Shown here one piece after another: positions 24,701-38,700 of a DNA stretch of 64,000 nucleotides. The position numbers and the translations under genes were made by a program. The notes under the pieces were generated by a model. The model saw nothing but the letters and a program-made list of their open reading frames with translations, was not told the origin of the DNA and ran no database searches. Every line of letters begins with the position of its first letter. Position 1 is the stretch's first letter. This DNA comes from Eledone cirrhosa (Eukaryota), in assembly GCA_964016885.1 (NCBI GenBank), contig OZ024750.1:22754001-22818000 (forward strand), written 5' to 3'.

Positions 24701-26999
24701 TGAAAGTTTGTGTTTTAATGAATAGCAACATGAAATGAAACATTTTGCTCAAGAACATAATGTGCTGTTCGGTTTAGGTATTGAATCTACAACCTTGATT
24801 AAGAGTCCAGCACCCTAATCATGAGGCCACACACTTTCACTAAATACTAGAAAAAATAGGATATGGTGGTCAAGGCAGGAATAGCTTTGATCATAGAATA
24901 TTTTCTAAACATTTTTGTCATTTTACAATCATGGTTGGTTATTAAATGAAACGAATATGGTTTCATTAATGAGACAAAATTTACAGCAAGACAATTCCGT
25001 TACAAAAAAAAACCTAAAACAACCAAAAAGAAAAGGGTTTACAATTCTCTATGGTTATTGATATATCAAGCTCACAAGGAGATGACAAAGAAAGGAAACA
25101 CATGGAAAGACGTTATAATGAAGAGGACGCATCTACCCCAAGGGTGCTTAACCTGGGTGCCATATTAACCATTTGGTGTTCCATGATAGGAAAAAGAAAA
25201 TATGATTTTTTTCGTAATGCTATTTTAATACTTATTGCCAGCATTGTTGCAATATGTTTTTAAGTTCCATCGTTTTTCTTTGTAACTGGAAGTTCCAGGA
25301 GTTAGAAAGAATTAAAAATGCCAGCCTAACCTAGCAATCATGGAAAAAATAAATAGAAAACGAATGTAAAAACAATGATATTTCGATATGTATCAGATAA
25401 GTACCTATAAAATTGGATATTTCTCGTGACCCCAAATAATTAGCTTGTGATGTGAATGTAAGCAAGCCAATTAATGGTCCTTCATTAGTCTCCCAGGCCT
25501 AGGGTTGTAGTCACTATGCCAGAATAGGAGAATTACTTCTGTTTTCATGCAAAAATCTAGGGCTTCTGCATGTCTTATGCAACCATGATCTGCCTCTGGA
25601 AAGTTCCTCCTCCCTCAGGCCTGGGCCATGGCGAGGATTTTGTGTTTGTGTGTGGAAGACCAGCAATTGTCCATGCATGCATGTCTCCCCTCTCCATGCT
25701 GCCGATGTTTTCCAAGGGGAAGGCAAGGGCTGATATATCTTGGCAGCAGTATCGTCATAGGCAAACTCCGAATGCAAAAGGCTGAAAGAGATACTGTGAG
25801 ATATCTCATCTGAAGCTCTATCAATTCTGCCAATCCACCGCCCTGGGCTGGTACTTTATTTGACCCTGAAAGGATGAAAGGCAAAGTTGACCTCAACGGG
25901 ATTTGAACTTAGAGCGCAGAGAGCTAAAAGAGATACCATGAGGCATTAAATCCAACTCTATTTACCATGTAATACAATAACAAAAACAACCAACAACACT
26001 TTTTTGGCTCTATTCACTTATCTAACTGATTCTCTGGTAAAATAGATTATATTACTAGATTCAGTCATTAAACTGCAGCCATGCTGAGGGACTGTCTTTA
26101 ACTCTTAACATCCTATAATAATTTAGTTGAGAATATCTAAAATCTGGTTTGTTAATTTAAAGGTTTGCAGTAACTATACTAGTGGACAGATTGTTGTGAA
26201 AATTTACAATGGTTTCATATAGTACAGATTGTTAAGAGTTTATGGGTTTAGTCAATTTTATTGATATCAGAACTTTGTATGGTACTTATTCTTTTATCAG
26301 CCTAAGAAAGATGAAATACAAAGTTGACTTGGACGGGATAAAACTCATAACGTAAAGAGTGAACTAACTAACAAACGTTATTATGGGCTCCTTTTTGTGG
26401 CAATGTTTTATGGCTGGATGCCCTTCCTAGTGCCAATCTTTTAAGTAGCTTCTTTCAATAACATGTCTTGGGCATTTAAACCTGGTGGAGCCCATCCCTC
26501 CCCAGGTCTAAACACAGTCAATTTCTTCTAGAGAAAGAGAGTGTGAGAAAGCGAAAGTGAGGAAGAGATATAGAGGAAGAATCAACCCCAGTACTGGACT
26601 GGTACTTTATTTTATCAACCTTAAAAGGTGAAAGGCAAAGTTGACCTTGGTTGGATTTGAACTCAGAACTCAGATTTGAACCTAAAATAGGTAACTTTAA
26701 CTCTAATCCAATGTTGGCAACAAAGATAGCATATCAACCTGATTTGCAATTAAGTAATATACATATTTCTGATTAAAAAAAGTTATTTCATCTGTAATGA
26801 AATTGAATGAGTCCACAAGTGATAGCATGCCTTCACATATATATAAAACGTTGATAAAGAAATAGATTATTAAAATAATTAAATTTTTCTTGTATTTGAG
26901 GAATGCAATTTTGTAAGATTTTTCTTTTCTTTTTTTAGAAATTTGCTTTATGGATTCAGTCGTACCATCTGAGAATATCGCTATGGAATAAACTATTAA

Positions 27000-27264
27000 C
27001 CCTTTTATGACCATATTTTTAATGAAAGACACTGCCTATGGTTTTCAAATCATTTATAAAGTAATCAAGAATTTGGTGGGATTTAATAATGTAACTAACT
27101 TCCTTGTTAATTATCTGGTCTTTGAGGCATATTTTAACAAAGGTACTTACATAAAATTATAAAATTATGATGGAAGATTTTTTAGATAAATATAATCATC
27201 TGAGAACAAACAGTTTTGTACCATAAAACCAGGAGCAGTTTCAGGAAGTTTGGTATCAAAAGGG
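27000..27264. mobile_element. TTAA-flanked MITE, family A (most abundant MITE in the window)
   Basis: TTAA-CCCTTTT...TTTGGTATCAAAAGGG-TTAG, with body ATTTTGAAAATAATCAAGAATTT. Many whole or partial copies, e.g. about 31975-32327, 33220-33460, 39144-39440, 51195-51394, 56400-56648, 57700-58330. Confidence 0.7.
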
Positions 27265-27338
27265 TTAGATTCCAGTCAAACATTATTTAAATGAGGAGGA
27301 ACATAGGGACACCCAAAGAAACATTTTAGCCATTTTCT

Positions 27339-30300
27339 TCATGAATTAACAGATATTTGAAATGGTAAGAAGAAAGACTGATCAGTGGCATTAATTATGG
27401 TAGTTGATGGGTTTCCAATAGTGTTTGTGAAAGTAGTGACATTATTAGTTATTATAGGCACTGGACTGTAAATAGACTCAACACAAGGACTAACAAATTG
27501 TGTGTCAATTAAGTCAGGCATTAGGTGTTCTAGAGCAGATTCTGAGTGTTTTACACTATAGTATTTTTTGTACGGCTTAGTTCTTACTTTGAGAAATTCT
27601 TCTTTTGATAAAACATGAATCCCTGCAGCAGTAAGTAATTTGCCATGTCTAGTTTTCAAATGTCTTTTGTATGTGTTACGTGTTTTGAATTTTTGCAGAC
27701 AGTCGCTGCATTCAAATGGAGTCTCCCCAGTGTGTCGTCGCAAATGTTCCTAGACAAAAGAAAAGAAGAGAAGGAGAATTAATATTTTGCTAAAGCTATA
27801 ATATACTTTGAAAAAGGGAAGAATAGAAGATGATTGTCACATCAAATCAAGGAAACAAAATTTCCATTGGTTTTTCCCTTGCTAATATTATCTGCTGTTT
27901 GTACCTCCTCACAGAAGGAAGTGGGATTTGGGCTCAAAATTCACAGAGCCAGATCAAATACTACAAAGCAGCCCATTTGGCTCTAAAACAATTTTGCCAA
28001 TCAACTACCTCTGGACTGGTATTTTATCAATCCTAAAAGGATAAAAGGCAGAGATGACCCCAGCAAGATTTGGATTCAGAGCACAGAGAGCTGGAACAGA
28101 TACTGATGCATTTAACCTAATGCACAAATGACTGCTAATTTGCTAAGTTATAATACTAAAGTCATTAATATAAGTCAAACACAAAATTGTCCTCAGCGAT
28201 ATTTGAACTTAGAGTACAGTGAGCTTGAACAAATACCAAGGAATTGAACCCATGCCTGAACAACTTTGCCAGTTTGACATCCATAAATGACAACTAAAAG
28301 GAAAAGGAAAAGTCACAAGTTTACCTTAAAATGGCTTGGATGTCTAAATTTTCTACCACAATCTTTGCAAGTGAAGCGGCTCTGGTTGTTGTGAATTAAC
28401 ATATGATAGTTGAGACTGTGTTGTCTTGTAAATGTTGTATTGCACAGAAGGCACACAAATGGTTTAATTCCTAATTAAAATTGAGAAAATTAATATAATT
28501 AACAGAAATACATATTTCTATTTTGATGCATAAATTTATAGAATTTTATTGTTTCATTACATTAAACATTTCAATTATGTCTTTAATTTTGTTCCATTGT
28601 TATGGTTGCTTAAAGCACCCCCCACCCACCCACATACACACACAAACACACAAAAAAAAAACTCAGATGCCATGTCAAATAGAATAATGTTATAGATTAG
28701 TAAGGAGTCATAATATATATGATATATATAAACTCCATGATCATCAGCTGTCAAAATAGACATTGTCAGTTTTGAATTCTACTGACAGTACTGCTAGTCA
28801 ACTCGAGGTCACAGTGTTCGACAAGGCAGTCAAACACCATCTTAGTGTGCTTTGTGAAACACATTGACCTAGAATGAACCAGCAGTACCATTAGTAGGGG
28901 CTGAAACTGTATCTACATTTCAATGACTGATGATCGATGATCATGGAGTACCTGCTGCTAATTTTGCAATATTATCCATGACACATGCAGCTTCCCCATT
29001 CTTCTGTTGTTAATTTGCACCATATTACCAAAACCATTCTCCTCCTTTGAATGAAACAGTTCTAGTCCTGTAGAAGCCATTTTCATATTAAATAGTGTAT
29101 ATACTCTACTATGTATTGAGTACCTTACTTACTGTCGTTACTCCTGATTGAACCTGGGATACACACACACACAGAGATATATGAGCCGTTACTGACCACG
29201 TCAGTACTTAATCAGAGGTACTGTCCCCCTAAACCAGCCAGGAGTCATGTTTTGCTAATATACATTCCAGTTTTGACACAATTTTTACAGCTGGATGTCC
29301 TTCCTAATGCCAACTGCTTTACAGTATGTACTGGGTGCATTTTATCATGGTACTGGCATCTGGGATATTGTCATATCCTCGACACAACTGAAAAGTTTTC
29401 TCAACCCTTTTTTGGCTACATGGTTACTGGTGATGGTGCAGATTGCAAAATACTAACAGGAAAATACTAACAAGGAAACAAATTTATGAAAGCAAAACAC
29501 CCAGTTGAAGAAAAGCTTAGAGTGAAAAATTACAACTAAGCATTGTTGTGATTATAAGAATGAAAAAAATGACAATTTTTAAGATACTTACCAGCATGAC
29601 TACGATAGTGATACATTAGAGTTGCTGCAGCTGTAAAGGTTTTGTCATCACAGATTTGACAAACAAGAGCTAGTTTGTCATCTTTCCTACGACTTTTCAG
29701 TTCTCTAATGCAGCGTAGTGCTGTTCTCTACAACATACAGGAGATATAATAATGGTTTCTGATTTAGGCAGAAGGTGAACAATTTTAGGGGAGGAGAAAG
29801 TCAATTAAACTGACCCCAGTGCATTACTGGTACTTTATTTTATCGACCTCTGTAAGGATGAAAGGCAAAACTATCGAATTCATACAGGAGATATAATAAT
29901 AATAATTTCTTAATTGGCCACAGGGGCCCAAAGTGTTATGAGCATTACAAAGATGAAAAAAAAAACACTAAGTGGAGTTTACATTGAGTAAAAGGAAGGG
30001 GACATCAACAAAGAGAAAACAGTAGATATAACAATAAGAGTAATTGTAATAATGATAACAATACTAAACAATAACAAATGTCAACTAGGCAAAGTTCCCC
30101 AATAGGAAGGGGCTGCATTGTAGGTCCTCTAGAAGTCTGCTTAAACTGTCCTAGTTAACACTGAGGCACTCCCAGGCCATAATTGCTCATACCTTCAACT
30201 AATCCACTATAGAAAGTAAGCATTGATAATATTAATACTTACCCTTTCTAATTCAGCAGCTGTATTCTTTTCAATATTTTTTTTCTTCTTTTTAGTACAA

Positions 30301-33300
30301 GGAGTGAGATCCTCTTCTATTTCTCCTTCACTAAATGATTCATTTTCTTCTGGTACCTGAAGTTTTCCTTTTCTGGCTATAGCTGATTTTGGCATTGGAG
30401 GATATGGTTCTGGAATGATACGGATATATAAGAATGATCATACCAGTGGAGCATATAGATATGAACACACACACACTTATATATATATATGTATATATGT
30501 GTATTTTGTATGTATGGTGCGATGATAAAATTTACCCCATCTGTAAAATAGTTAGTCTTAGGAATGAAATTCAGCTGTAGAAACCATGCTAAACATAAGG
30601 TTGTGAAAGCTCTTCAGTTGTGTCAAACCTCCATAGCGCTGGTGCCACAATAAAATGCACCCAGTACACTCTTAAAGTGGTTGCTAATAAAAACCCATGC
30701 CAAAACCAGAATGTATCTTAGAAAGTCTGGGAGAATAATATTTTTGATTAAGAACTGACTTTGTTTGAAATGACCCATCCAACCTATGCCAACATGTTAA
30801 AGAACAGATGTTAAATGCTAATAATGATTATGATGCATACAATTTTTTGGTAGGTCTGGAGGACCATGGCTTTCATCCCCACCCCAAGACCAGAGAGATT
30901 GGTGTTGTTGGTGTTCCACTTTTGCAAGTGAACTTCTGTAGGAAAGATTTGAGTAGGGAGGGATTTCCAGTGGATTAGCATTTTGGACTGAAAGGATTGG
31001 GCATAGTAGTTAGAGTGAGGTGTTAGACACAATATGGGTGATGAGAAGAGAGACAAATTAATCAAGAGTGCCTGTATAGAAATGGCACGAGGCCAACCAA
31101 CTCTGAGGAGCAAAGACCAATGTAGTAGCAGTAAAAAAGGCAGAAAATGGGCCAGAAGCTGAAGTGTCTGAGTGACTTTATGCCAATTAGTCATGAATTA
31201 CATAATACACAAAACAATATAACAATTATAAAATCACTAATTATTGAGTACAGCTTCATAGGCTTAAAATATTATATAAGTCAAGTATTATTGATTTCAT
31301 TTTATACTTAAAATATAACAAAATTAGAAAATTTGTGGGAATCCTAAATGCAGAAAAATAACTAACAACAGTCGATTACTAGAGATAGTAACTGAGAAAA
31401 TCAAGTAAATTACCCAAAGAAAAAAAGAGGCCAGAAGCACCTGCAATAAATCGAACCCTATATCTCTCAAATACCATGCAATACCTTTACACTAAGGGTT
31501 GACTGGCACTTTTTCCTGTCTATTTTAGGATGTCATGCTATACTATACAGCTAGGGGCTAGAGCATAACGCAAAGTAAACAAACTTTATGAATTATCAAA
31601 GCCCTAGGAGTTTTAAATTTGAAAATGTAAGAATCATAAATGCAGAAAAATAACTGCAACAACAGATAGTGACTGAAAAAATTGGGCGAATTACCTCTGG
31701 AGATGGAAAAATGTGGCTAGAGAGACCTCAAAAAAATCAAATAGTCTAAATGATGACTGACACTTTTTTTCAGTCTTTAGGGGTAATTTGCCCAATTTTC
31801 TCAGTTACTATCTGAAGCAATCAACTGTTGTTAGTTATTTTTCTGCATTTAGGATTCTCACATTTTCAAATTTCAAACTCCCAGCACTTCAATAATTCAT
31901 AAGGTTTGACAAGAACATTACATTTTTTAAAATCTAATTAAATTTGTCAATTCAGCTAATAACAATACAAAGTTTAACTCTTTTGTTACCATATTTCTAA
32001 TGAAATAATTTTGAAAATAATCAATAATTTAGAAGGATTTAGTAATATAACTTTAAGCGTATTCAGCTGGTGTTTGGAACCTAACATAGTCTCTTAAATA
32101 TAATTATGATGGAAGGTAAATATAAACATTTTAAACAGTTTTGTATTATAGAACCAAGGGTAGTTTCGGGTAGTATAAAAGCATAAAACTGCTATTTTGG
32201 AAGATAACTTAAAGGTTCTTACATAAAATTATGATTGAAGGTTTTCAGATAAATATAAACACTTTAAAATAGTTTTGTATCAAAAACATAGAGTCAGTTT
32301 CAGGTGATTTGGTATCAAAAGGGTTAAACCTTCCCAATTAAACACTTAGTGTTGTATATGTATAAAATTACTGGTAAAGAAAAAAGATTTTTAAAATGCT
32401 GTTCTTACTTTGTCCACAATGACCTGAAGAGTCACCATCTTCAGCCAAGACATCTTCATTCCACAATGGATCATCTACAATCTCTTCAAATGCCACCAAA
32501 GGTGTATCATCATTACAACAATTTAACTCCATTATTGGTAATAATGGTATGCTGTCTTCAACATTTGCTGAGTCATGGCTGTCAATCTTTTCTCTATCTG
32601 TATATACATAACAAGTTTCCACAAGACAATTCTTACCAAATATAGTCGTATAACAGTGGTCATGATGTGGTTGGGTGCTCTGTAATAAATCTGGAATAAA
32701 TTCTTCATTTTTTTCAATCTTTATTACAGTATCCTTTGGCAGGGATTTCTTTTCACTATCTTTGGAAGGTTTATCTTGCTTCATGTTTACAAGCGCTAAT
32801 TTGTCTTCATTTATTGACACATCAGATTTAGAAGAAATAAGTTTGTTCTTACATTTAGATTTTTTCAGTTTTGATTCTTTGTTAAAATTACGCTGTGCCA
32901 TAATTTTTGGGGGAGAATTAACATTTTTTACAGTCTCACTTGATAGTCTTGTTTCTCTATCAGATAAATTATTTCTAGTTGACCTCAGTGTTCGGTTGAT
33001 ATCAACAATATTTCTCTTCTGTGTTGGCACTTTGTTTTCTCGATTGATTTCTTTGGTTGTCCTTAGATTCGTGAATGCTTTATTAATGGCCTTGCTGCAA
33101 TTAATGTTACTTCCATTCAAATGACTGCAACTTACGTAAGTTGATCTCTTCTTCTTAACTTTTCCTTCTGTTAATTAAAAGGAAACTCTATTAATCCTCA
33201 TATATAAAAATATATACATTTAACTCTTTTGTTACTATATTTCTAATAAAACCAATGTCTATGATTTTCAAATATTTTGAAAATAATGAAGAATTTGGAA

Positions 33301-35734
33301 CAATTTAGTAACGTAACTAATTTTCTCATTAAGTTCGTGTTTGAAACATAAAGGTTCTTGCATAAAATTATAATGGACGGTTTTTTGATTAATACAAACA
33401 CTTTTAAATAATTAGTTTTCTATTAGAAAATAAGGGCAGTTTAGTATCAAAAGTGTTTAAATAATTTTAAGAAAAAAAAGAAAAGAAACAATAATTTTTA
33501 TGTCTCCTCTCTCTACACAAATTACATGAACCAATAACTAAAGTTTATATCGAGAAATATAAATGCAATGGCCACTACAGTGAGAGGACCTAATTCACAT
33601 GACAACAGTCATGTTATGTTGTATTCACAGACATTGGTCTAGAAACAATACAAACAGACCAAGTATATATAACTCACTAACCTATTTGGAACACACACAC
33701 ACAAAAAGGAAAAGGATAATTATGGAAATTTTTAAAGAATAAGGAATAAAAAAATTTGTTTCATAATAAGTGCAGGCAATGCTGTGTGGTTTTGCAACCT
33801 CATAGTTTTGGTTTCAATCCCACTGAATGGCACCTTGGGTTGCCCAATGTCTTCTGAGAGAAATTTGATAAACAGAAAGTGTGCAAAATCTTATATATAT
33901 ATATACATCCAAATAATGACGTATTATATTCGTTTTTTCCCGTTCTTTGCCAGGAACGTTTCCACGAACCAAAGTATCGACTTCCTGTCTTCCTCCGGTT
34001 GCAACGTTTTTTGAAATATTCACTTCTGCGTTCACAGATCGACTTTGTTAGTTTCAGAAGATCCCGTTAAGGGTGAAAGCAGCGATTCTTTGCTTAAACT
34101 TTAATCTGTTATTTTAATAAATATATATATATATATATATATCATCATGATCATCACCGTTTAACGTCCATTTTTGCATGCTAGCATGAGTTAGACGAGT
34201 TGTCCTGTTGTGAGAAATGCAACATCAGGTGACCATGTCTTGCTCTTACAGAACTGATTTTGGCTTGGTTTCTACAGCTGCATGCCCTTCCTAACAGCAA
34301 CCACATTTGCAGTGAGTACTGGGTGTTTTTTGTCATGACACCCATATGACCACTTTACAGTGTGGGCTGGGCGCTTTTTGTCGTGTCGCCATCACGACCA
34401 CTTTACAGAGGCTTCACTAGTTGTATGCTTTAGCCTGTCCTCATGGGAGGTGTATGGAAGACTAGGGTAGGTTGGAGCATACTATATGTATGCCTGTGCA
34501 CATGGGAAGACAGGTCTTCTGTATTACTGCATATTGCCAGAGATCTCTGTCCTGTATCATCATTTTTGAGAGGTGCAATTGAGCAAAGTCAGCTTTTATC
34601 ACCTCATCCCAAGTCTTCCTGAGTCTCCCCACTCCATGGCTTCCATCAACTTTGAGGGCTCTGCATCTTTTTATGTAGCTGTCATCCTTCATATGCATCA
34701 CATGTTCATACCAATGCAATCTTTTCTCTTGCACACTGCATCTGATTCCTCTTATGCCTAGTTTCTCTCTCAGTTCGTTTATGCTTTGCGGTTCACGTAT
34801 GTTACTATTACAAATCCATCGGAGCATGCAAGCTTCATTTCTTTCCAATCTTTGCAAGTCTTCTGCACACAGTGCCTAGGTTGATTTTAAGACCCTTTGT
34901 TTCTAGGCCATGCTTCCAGATTTAAAATTTCTTCTCTAGTTCCACCATATACTCAGCCATGAGTTTAAAATCATCCGAGTACAGGAGATCCCATGGGCAA
35001 CTAGTCTTAAATTCCTCTCTTATAGCCTGCAGTACAATAATAAACAGGAGAGGGCTAAGAACAGAACCCTGGTGAATGCTAACCTGCATGCTAAATTCCT
35101 CGCTATAGTCATTGTTAATCCTAAATTTGCTAACTGCTCCCCTATACATGGCTTCTATAGCCTTCACAAGCCACTCATCTACTCATAGTTTTCTAAGAAC
35201 CCACCATATTATGGCATGGGGGCACTCTATCAAAAAATTTCTCCAGAACAATAGATGCCAGGTATAGTGGCTTACTTTTAGCGAGGTACTTCTCCTGTAG
35301 CTGCCTCACCATACCTGGTACAAATCTGAACTGCATCTCATCTAGATTACTAGATTACCAGTCCCTAATCAGTTGTGCTATAATATATATATATATATTA
35401 GTGGTTAGAGCATTGGCCTTTCAATTGAAAGGTTGTGAGTTCAATTCTCAGACCGGGCAATGTGTTGTTTCCTTGAGCAAGACACTTTATTTCACATTGC
35501 TCCAGTTTACTCAGCTGTAGAAATGAGATGATAGGGACTGGGGTCCATATCATTCCACTGCAAAAAAAGCACCCAGCACTCACAGTAAATGAGGTTGGTG
35601 TTAGGAAGGGCATCCAGCTGTAGAAATCAAGCCAGAATCAGTTCCTGTCCCACCCTTGCAAGCAGGGAAAAAGTGGACATAAAATGAATGAATGAATGAA
35701 ATATATATATATATATGTGAAAATACACAGATGT

Positions 35735-35778
<44 letters not shown>

Positions 35779-38700
35779 TATGTGTGTGTGTACATCTGTG
35801 TATTTTCACAATGTCCCCACTTGGCTAATCAGTGACATTTGTTTACGTTTTACAGTTCAAAATGTGAGATCAGTGGAATAATGTACCATATTTAAAAACT
35901 AGTAAGGGTTGGTACATCAGGCTATAAAATATTACCTCAAAAGTCTTGTCCAACCCACACCAGCATAGTAATCATTAAAAAAAGTAATCATTAAACAATG
36001 ATCATGATGAAAATGAGTGTATCATCATCATCATTTTACGTCCGCTTTTCCCTGCTTGCAAGGGTTGGACAGATGTATATATATATTAATTAATTAAGAA
36101 GTAAATTATAATCTTACCTGATAATTTTCTTTTTCGAACATGAACTGGTTCAGCAGTAAATATAAACCGATACTTCCTTTCTGGATCTAGATGTTTAAAA
36201 TGAAATAAATAGTAATCTTTATATAGCAATTGAAACCCTTTTTTTTCTAAACCACCTACTCTATGATAAAAAAAAACTTCTGATTATCTTATGTAAGAAC
36301 CTTTTGTTAATATCTGTTCCAACACCAACTTAATAATGAAAAAGTAAGTTGATTTACTAAATCCCTCCAAATTCTTGAGTATTTCCAAAATTAATTAAAA
36401 CAATCTCTTCACTGTGACCATGACCCTTTTCAGGGACTCTGGAATTACTTGGTGGGAGGAAGGCATCGTCAAAGACCTAGCCGCCCAAATGCTTGTAAGA
36501 GAGTGGATCTACTAAAGAACTGTGTGGTGGTGTTACACTGACTGGATTAAGTCTAACACCCATAAACAGTGTATTTTAATAGAAATGTGCCCATGAAAGA
36601 GTTAAGGCATCTTCCTTTATCCAACCTAAATTACAGAAAATTCTATTACCTCATTTCTAGAAATCAAAAGGGATTTACTGACACAAAATCTAATCAAATG
36701 ATGAAATGAATTAAACTCAAATCTAACATACCATTTGCTTCGTAAACTAGCTGGTCAATATGATCAAATAAATGTTGTTTCATGTACGATTTAGCTTTTG
36801 TTTCATTTCCAAAACTTGTAAATTTTTCTTGGCACTTTTCTGGCATTAAATAACACTGGTAGGTAAAATTGCGAGTCATCTCATTACATGTGATTTCAGA
36901 GAAGAGGTTAAGCAAGGTTTTATCTGAGAGTGTTTGGATTTGCTCAAGGTTTAAAATATCAAGGCACTGTATGCTGCGTTTTGATATCTGAAGAACAAGA
37001 AATAAAATATATCTTTAAACAATTATTAAAACAAAATAACTCTATAATAAAAGCTAATAAATATAGGAGTATTAATTTTGACAAAAACTAATATATTTCT
37101 TTATGTTTAAAAGTAACCTATACTTAAATAAATGGATGTAGTCAAGAAATTCACTTCACAATCAAAGCTTCAGATTTATTCTCACTGTGAGACACCTTGG
37201 GCGAACAAGCTAATGTTATGTACACTCTAGATATTGACTCTTTCATTTTCAACTTGGCAGGATTGAACTCAAAGCAGAAAGAGCTGGAACAAATACCACA
37301 TGGCATTCTGTCCAACAATTTACCATCACCACTATTTTATAACTTTCAATCTCGCTAAAGGGTTAACTGAATGAGCACCCTATATTGGTGGGTAGAGTGT
37401 AGAAATATATTTTCTAAATATAAAAGTGGCAGTGACTTTGAAGTCTGTTTGTTTACTTCATACAAACACACACACATATATATGTATATAGTTATTTATT
37501 TAGCTTTTGACAGAGTACATCAATCTGTCATCTGGTAGTCCTTAAGGAAAATAATTTTTTTAAACTGGCTATGTACAGAGGAGCTGTTAATAAGGTGAGA
37601 GTTTATACATAAATATATATGCATATATATTAGGAATAAGAGGATCAGATGCTGTTTACTTGAGAGAAGACTACGTTGGTATGGTCACGTGATGCACATG
37701 AAAGACGACAGCTGTATAAAAAAGTGCAGGGCGATCAAAATTGATGGCAGTTACGGAGTAGGTAGACCCAGAAAAACCTGGGACAATTTGATAAATTCTG
37801 ACCTTACACACTTGCACCTCACTAAGACAATGTCACTGGACCGAGATCTTTGGTGCCACACAGTAATACAGAAGACCCGCCTTGCCTATGTACAAAGCGA
37901 AACCTACAGTCAGTAGGCACCTCTTAACCAAATATACACCCCAACCTACTACCCTTACTCCATCCTCCCACTCCCACCAACACCACCCTTTCTCTGTAAA
38001 GTTATGTTGATACCACAACATCTAGTCCAAACTAATGAGGTCGTGTAGGTGTCACGACAAAAAAACACACAGTCCACGCTGTAAGTGGCCGTATAGATAA
38101 CACGGTAAAAAGCTCCCAGTCCTCCACACTGTAAATGTGGTTGGTGTAAGGAAAGGAATCCAGCCATAGAAAACCTGCCAGATAATCCTATACGAGCGAG
38201 ACACGGTCACCCGACTAATCTTGCCTCAAATGGGATAATTCTCGTCTAACCCATGCTAATGTGGAAGATAGACGTTAAACGATGATGATGATCCTCACAA
38301 CAGAAATGACTAAAGATTGTGAAGAAGACCCGAACTAAATGCGTATATATATATATATATACAGATATATAATGAAAATGGCTTCTATGCAGTTTCCATC
38401 TACCAAATTTCATTCACAAGACACTGGTCAATCCAAGATTATAGAAGACACTTACCCAAGATGTAATGCAGTGAAATTGAATCCTAAACCCTATGGTGGC
38501 AAAGCAAACTTCGTAATCACACAGCCATACAAAATTAAAATCAAACATCAATTTCACAAGTCTGAACACCTGTTAAGGCTATGGAACATGTCCTTTCTCT
38601 TTACTAAAATCATTAAAAGTAAATAAATAAATAGAAGGAGACTTTTTTTAGAAGAAAATTAAATACCTTTTTCGATGTGACTTTAGATTGTAATTTTTCA

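Noticed and set aside
32675-33124. 149-aa plus-strand ORF (likewise 57237-57488, 58495-58890, 59254-59478 on -)
   Set aside because: Antisense shadows of real exons.
35398-35460. tRNA gene-like A/B boxes
   Set aside because: These are SINE heads that run directly into repeat bodies, with no full cloverleaf.
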